Virus record (IMG/VR): IMGVR_UViG_3300029286_000036
Coordinates: 1,905-65,904 of that record
DNA from: a virus
Taxonomy: Duplodnaviria; Caudoviricetes
Reading direction: 5' to 3' (one strand)
Length of the DNA stretch: 64,000 nucleotides
Shown: in pieces, positions 18,749 to 27,504 of the stretch
Position numbering within the stretch: the first letter of the stretch is position 1
Layout: every line of letters begins with the position of its first letter
Notes under the pieces: model-generated
Database searches by the model: none
What the model was told of the DNA's origin: nothing
Seen by the model: only the letters and a program-made list of their open reading frames with translations
Program-made: the position numbers and the translations under genes

Positions 18749-18861
18749 GATTTGTCTCCTTTAAATTTTTAGGAATGTTACCTTTTTTGATTGTTATTCA
18801 ATCTTTGTAAATAAAAATGTATTTGTTAGACTATACTTAACTCTTGCGAGTGTAAGCCAAA

Positions 18862-19578
18862 TTAACTATTAAGAGCTTTTTCTAATTTAGCTCTTGAAGC
18901 TGAGTTATAGATGTAGCCATTATTCTCTAATTCTATAACTTCATAATCTGTAAGTTCGCCTTTCATGAAAAGCTCTTCTGCTTTATTTAACATTTCAGCT
19001 TTAGAGAAACTTTCTTGTTTATTATTTTCAGGTGACATTGACTTCTCAAGAACGCTAACTGATGTTATTGATTTTGGTCTTTGAGGGGTATTTGCCACAG
19101 CTTTAACAAGGGCTGCTGATTCTTGTACTGATTTCTGAAGTGCTTCTATCTTAGCTTCATACTTAGCTGCTGTTCTTTCTACTACTGACTTGATTAGTTC
19201 TTCTTGAGCTTGAACAACTTCAGCTTTTTTCATTTCTTCAGCTTTAGCTAATTTTTCTGCTCTAAAAGCCATAAGTTCATCCATATCTGCTTTATTAAGA
19301 GGAGCAGGAACTATAACTTGTTTAGCTTCAACAGGTTCTTCAACTTTAACTAGAGCTACGATAGCTGCATCATAATTACCTGTATCTGTTTCGATATCTC
19401 TTAATTCTTTAGGTCTGTCTTTTTTCTTTTTATCATCTTCGCCTTTAGGAGCTTCAGCTATCGCAGCATCGGCAGTCGTAGGGGCATCACAAACTATCTT
19501 TAACTCAGCAGGAACTTCTGCCTTAGCAAAACATTCGTCAATTAAAGAATCTATGCTTTTCATTAATTTCTCTTCCAT
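18862..19578 (-). CDS. Capsid scaffolding protein
   Basis: Helical, E/K/A-rich, between protease and capsid; about 12 [LMF]xK[SA] motifs. Confidence 0.75.
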   Translation of the reverse strand: MEEKLMKSIDSLIDECFAKAEVPAELKIVCDAPTTADAAIAEAPKGEDDKKKKDRPKELRDIETDTGNYDAAIVALVKVEEPVEAKQVIVPAPLNKADMDELMAFRAEKLAKAEEMKKAEVVQAQEELIKSVVERTAAKYEAKIEALQKSVQESAALVKAVANTPQRPKSITSVSVLEKSMSPENNKQESFSKAEMLNKAEELFMKGELTDYEVIELENNGYIYNSASRAKLEKALNS

Positions 19579-19615
19579 TGTATTTCTCCTAAATGGTTAG
19601 TTTAATATCTACCTG

Positions 19616-19626
19616 TAATTATATCA
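19616..19626 (-). promoter_or_regulatory. Putative late promoter (TGATATAATTA, no -35)
   Basis: Upstream of scaffold/capsid. Confidence 0.6.
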
Positions 19627-19639
19627 CAATTCTAAGCTG

Positions 19640-20563
19640 TTACTTTTCGTCATTTATTTCCGGATACTGGGTATTCATTCTCTCTTTTACACATGCCCAT
19701 AAAGTAGATTGTTCCACTTCTGGGTATAATTCTTGAAGTTTGTCCATAATAGAAATCATAGAAGCTTTGTAAAGAGCTTTTGATAACTTAGGTAACTTCT
19801 TCATGTTCTTCTTTTCTTGTTTATCTTGAATTATAACAGGGTCATTTTCTGGTCTATCATCTTCATCTTCTTTCTTCTTTGATTTAGGGTCAAAAGATTG
19901 CATGGATAAAGCATCTCCGCCTGTCATTGCATTTGGTGCAAATGTTGCATAGCTTACTGTTATTCCTAGGGATTTTAGAAGAGCTGATACCTGAGCTACG
20001 GTAAATACTGGTTCATCTGTAGCTGCCTCTTGTAATAATGCATTCTCTTCTGTAGCTTCAAATTCAACTTCAGATGCATTGAACCCCTTAATTAAATCAG
20101 CATAAGTATCAGTATTTACTGGATTAAAAGTAACAGCACAATTTCTAATTTGACATTTTTTTATTATTTTAGGATTAAAAGCATCTCTTTCTAGTACACT
20201 ACCTTCCACACTTAGTCCTATTCTCCCTTTGTCATTTTCTCCCAAAGATTGCATGATTTCATATACAGCTTGTGCTCTTTTGTGAGCTTTGAATAATCTT
20301 CCTTCTATAACTAATCCTTTATCTGTTTTTGCATATCCGTCTAAAGTTCCAATTCTGTCTTCCAACAATTTTGAATGTTCGTAATTTAGCCAACCTTTTT
20401 TTGAATCTACTGGACTTAAGTCTATTCCTTTCTGTAATATTATTTCTCCCTGTCTATCTTTATTTTCAGTACATGCCAATCCCCTTATCTTCCATTCTCC
20501 ATCTTTACCCTTTGATATTTCCGCTGGAATTATAAAGTTAAAATCATTATTATTTTTCATCAA
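19640..20563 (-). CDS. Prohead protease (HK97/herpes-type serine protease)
   Basis: IRGLA.T...D.QGE.I...G.D, NYEH, GLSVEG, AVT.NPVN..T. Confidence 0.85.
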   Translation of the reverse strand: MMKNNNDFNFIIPAEISKGKDGEWKIRGLACTENKDRQGEIILQKGIDLSPVDSKKGWLNYEHSKLLEDRIGTLDGYAKTDKGLVIEGRLFKAHKRAQAVYEIMQSLGENDKGRIGLSVEGSVLERDAFNPKIIKKCQIRNCAVTFNPVNTDTYADLIKGFNASEVEFEATEENALLQEAATDEPVFTVAQVSALLKSLGITVSYATFAPNAMTGGDALSMQSFDPKSKKKEDEDDRPENDPVIIQDKQEKKNMKKLPKLSKALYKASMISIMDKLQELYPEVEQSTLWACVKERMNTQYPEINDEK

Positions 20564-20581
20564 AATACTCCTCTGATATCT

Positions 20582-20592
20582 AAATTATATCA
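20582..20592 (-). promoter_or_regulatory. Putative late promoter (TGATATAATTT, no -35)
   Basis: Upstream of prohead protease. Confidence 0.5.
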
Positions 20593-20593
20593 C

Positions 20594-21292
20594 TTATTTG
20601 GTAATATCATTAGAATCGGCATTTAATACTCTCAGGGTAGTATTATTAGGACGATTTCCGCATAACCAACTATTAAGAGTTGCTCTCTTTAACTTTAAAT
20701 CAATTGCTGCCTCTGTAATGGATTTCCAAATTTTACCAGTTTTCATATCTAAGACTTTAACAGATTGAATTTTACCTTTTCCCATAATTCTATGTTTTTG
20801 TTCATCATTCTTATGTTCTATGTTTAATAGTCTATATGTTGTGGGATTTCTTCTAGTTCCATTAATCCAGTTTTTAAATGTACCATAAGGAATTCCTATT
20901 TCTTTTGCGGCTTGTTTGATACCTTTCCATATCTTACCTGTGGACTCATCTATAACTTCCTTATACATAGAGTTAATTAGCTTTTCTTTAGTCTGTTCTG
21001 ATTTTCTTACACCAGAAGAGCCCTCTCCCCCTATAGTCTGATTTGCTAATTGATGTCCCAATTGTCTATAGTATCTAATATACTCAATTTCTTTCTCAAA
21101 AGCTTCTTTTTCATCTAAATTAATAAAAAGATAAATTATTTCATATCCATAGATTTCAGCAATATCCACAACTTTCTTGCTATAAGATTTTATTCGCTTA
21201 GCTCTGTCCCTTATTCCTTTTCCTACATAGAAAGGAGTACGATTATCTAATCTTATGTAAATATAAATGTAAAACTCTTTTTTAAGATTCAT
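20594..21292 (-). CDS. GIY-YIG homing endonuclease
   Basis: FYIYIYIRLD..PFYVGKG...RA, NQTIGGEG, two NUMOD1/HTH repeats; related to 5327-6202. Confidence 0.85.
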   Translation of the reverse strand: MNLKKEFYIYIYIRLDNRTPFYVGKGIRDRAKRIKSYSKKVVDIAEIYGYEIIYLFINLDEKEAFEKEIEYIRYYRQLGHQLANQTIGGEGSSGVRKSEQTKEKLINSMYKEVIDESTGKIWKGIKQAAKEIGIPYGTFKNWINGTRRNPTTYRLLNIEHKNDEQKHRIMGKGKIQSVKVLDMKTGKIWKSITEAAIDLKLKRATLNSWLCGNRPNNTTLRVLNADSNDITK

Positions 21293-21307
21293 ATGTTTTT
21301 ATTAAAT

Positions 21308-21751
21308 CTAATTTTCCTCAGAAGGAGGGGTATCCTTAGTTTCAAGCAAGTCTGCTAATGCATCTAATATGCTATATACTTCCTCACTTCCATCATCTTT
21401 TAAATTGTGTAATTCCTGTGCTTTACATATTTCAACTAAGGCAGCCATTGCGTCTTTAGTTTGAAAATGGATACGGGTTGGACTACATGCGAATAGTTTA
21501 GCTATTTCCCCTTGACTTGTTTCTTTTAAACCTCCATCAGCATCGCTGTGATTTTGAATATATCTCCAAAAACAATAGCAATCTTCAACAGAATTAACCC
21601 ACCAAGGGCATTTAGGTTCTTCCAACAATCTATTCTTTTTATCTAAAATGGGTTTTCCCTCAGAGCAAGGGGTATTGGGAATTAACTCTAATTTAAGTGG
21701 ACATTTATTCCAAAAACAAGATTCTTTAGTGCATTTATTGCTGCATTTCAC
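21308..21751 (-). CDS. Cys-rich protein with sigma70 region-4-like HTH; candidate transcription regulator
   Basis: TSQGEIAKLFACSPTRIHFQTKDAMAAL resembles T..EVG..F.VTRERIRQIE.KAL; N-terminal Cys cluster. Confidence 0.5.
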   Translation of the reverse strand: MKCSNKCTKESCFWNKCPLKLELIPNTPCSEGKPILDKKNRLLEEPKCPWWVNSVEDCYCFWRYIQNHSDADGGLKETSQGEIAKLFACSPTRIHFQTKDAMAALVEICKAQELHNLKDDGSEEVYSILDALADLLETKDTPPSEEN

Positions 21752-21828
21752 TTTATTCCTCCAATTAACATCTGGTGTGATTGTTTTAATTATGGAGGTT
21801 GTGAATTACTCCTGTTCTTATTCTTATT

Positions 21829-22347
21829 CTACCATACCTTTGGAGAAAAGTCAAGGGAAATATTTGAATTGTTTGATAATTCTTTCATAAATAAGTTATA
21901 CATCTCTTTTACTATAACTAAATTATCGTAAGTATTTATATTTATTGGTGATTTAGACATAGCTTTGTACATCTCATCCCAAATGAGCTGTTTAAGTCTA
22001 AGAGTGTTTAGTTCTACCTTACTCATAATAAAATCATATCATGCGATTATTAATAAATTAGCCGCAGATAATATGTATATATCGTCTGCGGCTATTAATT
22101 TTACCTAAAAGACAAGAGGGAGGTAACTCTTTCTTAGGTAATGAGTATTCAATCTAAAATCTTAATCTACTTTTTCAACTTTCTTAACATGTGTACTATC
22201 AAAAGTACCTAGATAATGCAAAATTCTATCCATTTCTGATATAGCTGAACCTTTACTACTAGCTTGGAGAATATATACTTTTTCTTCTATTAGCTGACCT
22301 GTATACTTAGGGTCTCTTGTCCACACAACAATACGATAATTTCCCAC
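21829..22347 (-). CDS. Two small hypothetical proteins (21829-22026, 22162-22347)
   Basis: ORF track. Confidence 0.45.
22059..22141. other. Two adjacent long hairpins (candidate small RNA plus terminator)
   Basis: TAGCCGCAGA/TCTGCGGCTA (22059-22094) and TTACCTAA..AAGAG/CTCTT..TTAGGTAA (22101-22141). Confidence 0.5.
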
Positions 22348-22368
22348 GTGACCTCCAGAATGCGTTAT

Positions 22369-23184
22369 TTACTTATCTTCTAAATACACAAATGATGTAT
22401 TATTATTACTTTTTCCATTAAGTTTGCAAATTAATGTACTATAATTTATTTTAAAAAAGAGGGCTACTTCTTTGGCACAATCCCATACTCTCCCCGTTTT
22501 ATTATCAATAACTTTTCTTGCTCTATAGCTATTAGACCCTTTATGACTAGCTGATAGTTTCTTTTTAGTTTCCTCAGAATGTTGTTTTCCACTCCAACTT
22601 GGGGGTCTGTCTCCATTTATCTTATGTGAGATGCTCATTTTTAAACGAGTCTTCTCTGAGATTCTTTTTCCATATAAGCGATGCTTCTCTCCCTTATTAC
22701 TTTCACGAATTTTATTTTTAGTCTCCTCCGTAAGCTTGCTGCCGAGCTTAGACTTACTCATCTTTTCACGAACCTCTTGAGACCTCTTTCTACCTTTATT
22801 TGCATTACCTATTTTTTTAAGAGTTTCCGAAGAGTGTTTCTTGCCGAAAAAGTAATTTTTATTTCCTTTATGGGATTCACTAATCTTCTTGCAAGTTTCA
22901 TTGGACTGCTTAATGCCAAGAACCCCTTTTCCTCCTTTAGATAAATTATATCCCTTTTCCAAATTTGTACTATCAAAAAAGGAAATCCAGTAAATCTCTC
23001 TTTCATTTAGCAAATTGATATCATTACAAAATTCTAAAATTTCTTTTATAAAATTTTCTTTACCATACTTTTTAATTGCCTTCTTTAATAATAACCCACT
23101 TCCCAGATAACTACAGTCATTTTTAGTATCTAAACCTATGTAAATCTTATTGTTAATTAAACATGTTGTTTTATATATTATCAT
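22369..23184 (-). CDS. GIY-YIG (SegA-like) homing endonuclease with NUMOD3 repeats
   Basis: IIYKTT.LINNKIYIG, YLGSG, GYNL..GG, HS.ET..K repeats. Confidence 0.9.
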   Translation of the reverse strand: MIIYKTTCLINNKIYIGLDTKNDCSYLGSGLLLKKAIKKYGKENFIKEILEFCNDINLLNEREIYWISFFDSTNLEKGYNLSKGGKGVLGIKQSNETCKKISESHKGNKNYFFGKKHSSETLKKIGNANKGRKRSQEVREKMSKSKLGSKLTEETKNKIRESNKGEKHRLYGKRISEKTRLKMSISHKINGDRPPSWSGKQHSEETKKKLSASHKGSNSYRARKVIDNKTGRVWDCAKEVALFFKINYSTLICKLNGKSNNNTSFVYLEDK

Positions 23185-23190
23185 TATTAA

Positions 23191-23976
23191 TTATATCCCT
23201 AAAATATTCTTGCCACATTTAGTTCTGTACGGGCAGAAAAAGCAGAAATCTTCTGCTTTAGGTGGTAATGTTTTAGTTTTAGTGTGCTGCTTTACCTGTT
23301 CCATCTTCTCTACTATTTTTATGAATAGGTCATCATCTGCTAATACCGTAAACTCTTTTAAAATTCCACTTCCATCTTGTTTCCAATTTTTTTCATCTTT
23401 TGAGAAATATAAAAACTTTATGCCTTCTACTTTTTTTATTCCACTCAAGGCAGGTATGTAACTAAATAAGTTATCCTCTAATGCCTTATTGAATATGTAT
23501 ACGTATACCATTGCCTGTATTCGATGTTCTGGTTTTGGCTCTATTAGCTTTAGCCAATCCTCTCCCTTTATGGATTTATATTCTGCAATCCATAACTTAT
23601 CCTCGATTTTTAGTACGGCATCTATCTTAAGTGATAAGTTTAGTTCGAAATCTTTTAATGGAAACTCGTGGTCAGGTTTATGGGAATACTTACCTATTGG
23701 AGTTCGACCGTCAGGGAGTACGAAATCTACTAAAATGTTAGCCTTTCTAAAGATTTCTGATAAATATTCATGAATATAGTTACCCATGTCACAGATAATC
23801 TTATTCTTTCGTGCCATCCCAAAATCTTCTAAAACACAATTGTATGAGTAGAATATCTTTCTTAGACAAGGTGACCCCAAAATAGATGGTTTGAATCGTG
23901 CACTTTGCTTATAGGTAACAGGTTTGCTATTTTCATCTATTACTTTAAAGAAAATGTCTATCATTGATTTGCTCAT
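23191..23976 (-). CDS. Cas4/AddB-like PD-(D/E)XK exonuclease
   Basis: PS.LG.PC.RK, G..IH, IDA, EYKS, Q...Y, C-terminal CFFCPYRTKC. Confidence 0.8.
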   Translation of the reverse strand: MSKSMIDIFFKVIDENSKPVTYKQSARFKPSILGSPCLRKIFYSYNCVLEDFGMARKNKIICDMGNYIHEYLSEIFRKANILVDFVLPDGRTPIGKYSHKPDHEFPLKDFELNLSLKIDAVLKIEDKLWIAEYKSIKGEDWLKLIEPKPEHRIQAMVYVYIFNKALEDNLFSYIPALSGIKKVEGIKFLYFSKDEKNWKQDGSGILKEFTVLADDDLFIKIVEKMEQVKQHTKTKTLPPKAEDFCFFCPYRTKCGKNILGI

Positions 23977-24173
23977 TTGTCATCGCCAAAAGTTGTTTCT
24001 ATTAACTTGAGCAGTTTTTGTTCATCTTCAAATACTTCAAAATTTTTAATCTTATAGCTTTTAATGAAAACAGAATCTGCATACAAACTGATTTCATTGC
24101 CAGTTATAAAAGTATGAACACAGGTTGGCTTCCTTAAAAATGTTATTCCTAAAAAATTAAATGATTTCATCAA
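23973..24173 (-). CDS. Hypothetical protein
   Basis: Overlapping ORF. Confidence 0.4.
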   Translation of the reverse strand: MMKSFNFLGITFLRKPTCVHTFITGNEISLYADSVFIKSYKIKNFEVFEDEQKLLKLIETTFGDDK

Positions 24174-24810
24174 CTACTCCCATCTCAAGTAATTCTTCTG
24201 CGGTAAAGTAGGCATCTATACCTATTCCTTTAGTTAGCCAAAATTTTGAATCTTTATCACTAAATTGAGACATCCATTGTGCCCATTGTTTTTCTTCTTT
24301 TTCCAATTCAGCAACAGTTGCCTTCATTTGTGAGTGTCTGCCTTCCATTGCGTAGGAAGCTTCATGCCACATAAATACTGCAAATCTGGAGATTCTGCGT
24401 TTATCTCCACATGCTAATATAAGAGTGGCTGCGGACATTACTTCTCCATAACCTTCTGTTATTATTTGGCATTTAGAGCGTTTAAGTCTTCCAACTAATG
24501 CTAATGCATCTCCGCATGAACCACCTACCGACTTGATTCTTACGGTGATGGCTTGTTTACTTTCTGATTCCATGAAAGATAATCCTGCATCAACTATATC
24601 AAACATTGGATAAGTAATTTCTTCAGATATAGTTATGATTCTATCTCTAAGATTAACTCCATACTGAAACATGTATTCAAGCTGAATCCCTAGAAGTCCT
24701 AAACCTCCATCATTTGGATTTGGTACTACGTTGACAGCTTCGACTTTTGCATGTCGAATGGGTCGAACTAGCTTACCACTTGGCTTACGATTGTTGCGTC
24801 GGTTCTTCAT
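24157..24810 (-). CDS. clpP: ClpP-like ATP-dependent protease proteolytic subunit
   Basis: R.I.I, I.S.GGS, MSAA (Ser), MWHE (His), DAYFTAEE.LE.G.VD.I (Asp). Confidence 0.85.
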   Translation of the reverse strand: MKNRRNNRKPSGKLVRPIRHAKVEAVNVVPNPNDGGLGLLGIQLEYMFQYGVNLRDRIITISEEITYPMFDIVDAGLSFMESESKQAITVRIKSVGGSCGDALALVGRLKRSKCQIITEGYGEVMSAATLILACGDKRRISRFAVFMWHEASYAMEGRHSQMKATVAELEKEEKQWAQWMSQFSDKDSKFWLTKGIGIDAYFTAEELLEMGVVDEII

Positions 24811-25066
24811 TTTCTTCCTCCGCTATAGCAATTATATTGTCTTCATCCATTACTTGTACGTCAACTCCTGCCATGCGGACTTCTTCTCTTTTATTACCAT
24901 AATAAACTTTTTGGTCAATCTTGTATTTAGAGCCTTCTGCTACATATTTTATTAAACCTAAGCTCTGAGATACTTCAACTGGTGCAAAAAATACAGTAGC
25001 ATCTTTCTTAGACGATTTACCTACTCTTTCAACCGCAATTTTTCCATTTACCATTGTAATTTTCAT
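24785..25066 (-). CDS. groES: GroES-like co-chaperonin
   Basis: 93 aa; ..NGKIAVER, G.IKYV.EG, K..QKVYY, E.V...G....VM.EDNIIA match Cpn10 layout. Confidence 0.65.
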   Translation of the reverse strand: MKITMVNGKIAVERVGKSSKKDATVFFAPVEVSQSLGLIKYVAEGSKYKIDQKVYYGNKREEVRMAGVDVQVMDEDNIIAIAEEENEEPTQQS

Positions 25067-25069
25067 ATC

Positions 25070-25591
25070 TTATTTCCTTCTTGAAATTCTATCTATAGAG
25101 ATTTTTGCAGTAAATGTTTTACCATCTTTCTCGAAATCAACTTCTTTTTCCTCAGCTATGCCCATTCCTAACATGCCATTAACTATAGCTACGTCTAGTT
25201 GATTGCCTTGTCCACCAAAATCTACAAATTTTAAGTTTTGTTTATTTGGATAAACTTCTTCTTCTTTAGCTTTAACAGCTACACCACATCTAACTACATC
25301 GCCAACTTTAATTGTATCTTCAACTTTTACTAATCCCATTCTAAGGTCTTCTATGTCAGCCATGATTGCAGATAGTTCAGGGTCTGTTATTCCCAATTTA
25401 TCTTTTAATACAGTTTCAATAGTCCTAATTCGGTTTGATAATAAAGTAAGTATTTCGTCTATCTGTTCCTGTTGAACTCCTAAATACTGTTGTACTATTT
25501 CTTGAATGATAGGTTCTACTTTTTCTCTCAATACTAACTCTGCACTTTTTTTAACTTCTTGCGGAAGTCCTGCATCTTTCTTCTTTCCCAT
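25070..25591 (-). CDS. Trigger-factor/FKBP-type PPIase-like protein
   Basis: C-terminal IKVGDVV...LKFVDFG.....D.AI.NGMLGM...EEKEV.F...FTAKISI.RI resembles the trigger-factor FKBP domain. Confidence 0.5.
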   Translation of the reverse strand: MGKKKDAGLPQEVKKSAELVLREKVEPIIQEIVQQYLGVQQEQIDEILTLLSNRIRTIETVLKDKLGITDPELSAIMADIEDLRMGLVKVEDTIKVGDVVRCGVAVKAKEEEVYPNKQNLKFVDFGGQGNQLDVAIVNGMLGMGIAEEKEVDFEKDGKTFTAKISIDRISRRK

Positions 25592-25596
25592 TTTAA

Positions 25597-26280
25597 TTAC
25601 TCTCCTATTATTTTTTTATCTAACTTAGGCTTTTTAAGTGATTGAGATGGCATGATTTTAATCTTACCATTTATGCTCTGAAAAGTTCTGTTTGGATGAA
25701 ATACCGTACCCTGATTTAGCTTAAGTTGTTGTTCTTTGTCTTCTTTCTTTAAATTAGCTTTGTACTCTTCATAAGTCTCATCTTCTCTTCTGGGTCTGTT
25801 CATGTTTTATTTCTCCTCTTTTAATCTTATCTTGTCTATATGAACCGTAACCACATAACCTGTTACTGTTGCAACTATAACATTTGGGCAATCAAGTCCG
25901 TTTACTGTGCCTTCTACTTCTCCATTTGGAGTAGAAAGGATAACTGTTTTGCCACCTAAGTTTCTATGCTCAAGTGCAAATGCCATTTTATCTTGCTTAT
26001 TTAGGGGTTTTTCTTGAACTACTTCCGTTGGTAGATTTACTTCTGTGGAAGTTTGGGTACTTATTGTAACGGTTTGTTGTTTAGAAGATTCTTCTTCGTT
26101 TTCAATTAAATTTATCATTTTATCAATAAATCTATTCAGTTCTTCCTTTACTTCTGTACATATTGGGGTATTGTACTTCTCTGCCTCTTTATAGATAGCC
26201 ATTTTTATATCCTTATAATAGGATACTTTATCCATTTTTCTTTTAAGTTTCTCTAATTGGATTTCTAACTTAGAAGCCAT
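25597..26280 (-). CDS. Two hypothetical proteins (25597-25803, 25807-26280)
   Basis: ORF track; sigma70 promoter at about 26302-26330. Confidence 0.5.
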
Positions 26281-26349
26281 TATGTACTTACCTCTTATTC
26301 TATTCTATCATAAGAGGGTAAAAAAGTCAAGGATTATTTTTGAAGAAAA

Positions 26350-27249
26350 TTAAGAGAGTTTAGTTTTTATATATTCTGCGAATTTCTCTAAGCCAATAAA
26401 TGAAGTTTTTCCACCGGAAAGCACCTGCCAGCCCTGCTTTAATTCCAGCGGTTGCGCCTCCCTACAGTTAGGGTGGGTTGCTCCTGTCACAGCCTCGTAC
26501 TCACTAAATTTTTTACCATAGTTTGTTCCATTGCTTAACAGGGTGCTGAGCCTGTACACTTTAGGAGTTCCATCGCTATCTACATACAATCGTCTACATG
26601 CTGGACATAGTTTTCCATCCATAACAGAAATACGATAAACGTAAACATCATTAAAATCTTTATCTTTATTATCTTTAACTATTCTATCTATGCTTCCATT
26701 TCCAAGGGCATTGCTCATTTCCGTACTTACTATTCTATCAAAATTCCTTCCAACTTCTCCGCTTGAATCTAATAATTCTGATTTTATCTTTGAAAAAGTT
26801 AAGTCTTCCATCTCTTCCTTTTCTTCTGGAGTTCTATTTGGATTACCTATAACTTCAAACTTATGCTTCACTCCTTCATTCAGTATAACATTACTCATAT
26901 TTGTAATGGTATCTTGTTTTAATTTATCTAGCAATACTTTAAATGTGTTATTTAATTGAGACACCGCATATGCTTCTGTATTAGTTAATAGGATGTTATC
27001 CTTTTGTTGCTTTAGCATTTCCTTGATAGTTGTCGGTATTGTTTTATTCTCCACATTATTTATTAAGTTGTGGACATATATGCTTTTTAGGAAGCTTTCT
27101 TTGTTAGTGGTATCTATTCCCATTCTTTTTAAGTTATTCAATTCTTCTGGAGTAAATACTGAATTTCCAAGTAAAGATACGGTTAAATAATTATAATGTT
27201 TGTCTATAATCTTTTGTATCTTATTTAAAAGTTGAGTTGATATAATCAT
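26350..27249 (-). CDS. MuF/SPP1 gp7-like minor head protein
   Basis: RIVSTE...A...G, D...C..C, HPNCR; downstream of portal. Confidence 0.75.
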   Translation of the reverse strand: MIISTQLLNKIQKIIDKHYNYLTVSLLGNSVFTPEELNNLKRMGIDTTNKESFLKSIYVHNLINNVENKTIPTTIKEMLKQQKDNILLTNTEAYAVSQLNNTFKVLLDKLKQDTITNMSNVILNEGVKHKFEVIGNPNRTPEEKEEMEDLTFSKIKSELLDSSGEVGRNFDRIVSTEMSNALGNGSIDRIVKDNKDKDFNDVYVYRISVMDGKLCPACRRLYVDSDGTPKVYRLSTLLSNGTNYGKKFSEYEAVTGATHPNCREAQPLELKQGWQVLSGGKTSFIGLEKFAEYIKTKLS

Positions 27250-27470
27250 TTGTTTTCTGCCTTTAGTAGTTTTTCTATTTCTTTAAGGATTAAACTCATG
27301 GTATCTTGATGCTTTTTAAGAACTTTTTGATGAACTTCGGACATAGCAGGGTCTTCAAACTTGTCATTTGAATGAAGTATTCCGGAAGCTTGAACACCAA
27401 AGGCTTTAGCTAGTTGCTCTTTGGCTTGTTCTTCTGTTTCGTTTTTTTCGAGAATAATTTTTACTTTCAT
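27246..27470 (-). CDS. Small hypothetical protein with LxKA motifs
   Basis: LAKA, LLKA; own promoter TTGACA-17-TATAAT at about 27480-27508. Confidence 0.5.
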   Translation of the reverse strand: MKVKIILEKNETEEQAKEQLAKAFGVQASGILHSNDKFEDPAMSEVHQKVLKKHQDTMSLILKEIEKLLKAENK

Positions 27471-27504
27471 ACTAACTCCATTATATCCTACTTTAAGAAT
27501 ATTG

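Noticed and set aside
23191-23976. Cas4-like gene as part of a CRISPR-Cas system
   Set aside because: No array or other cas genes; stand-alone Cas4-like nucleases are common in phages
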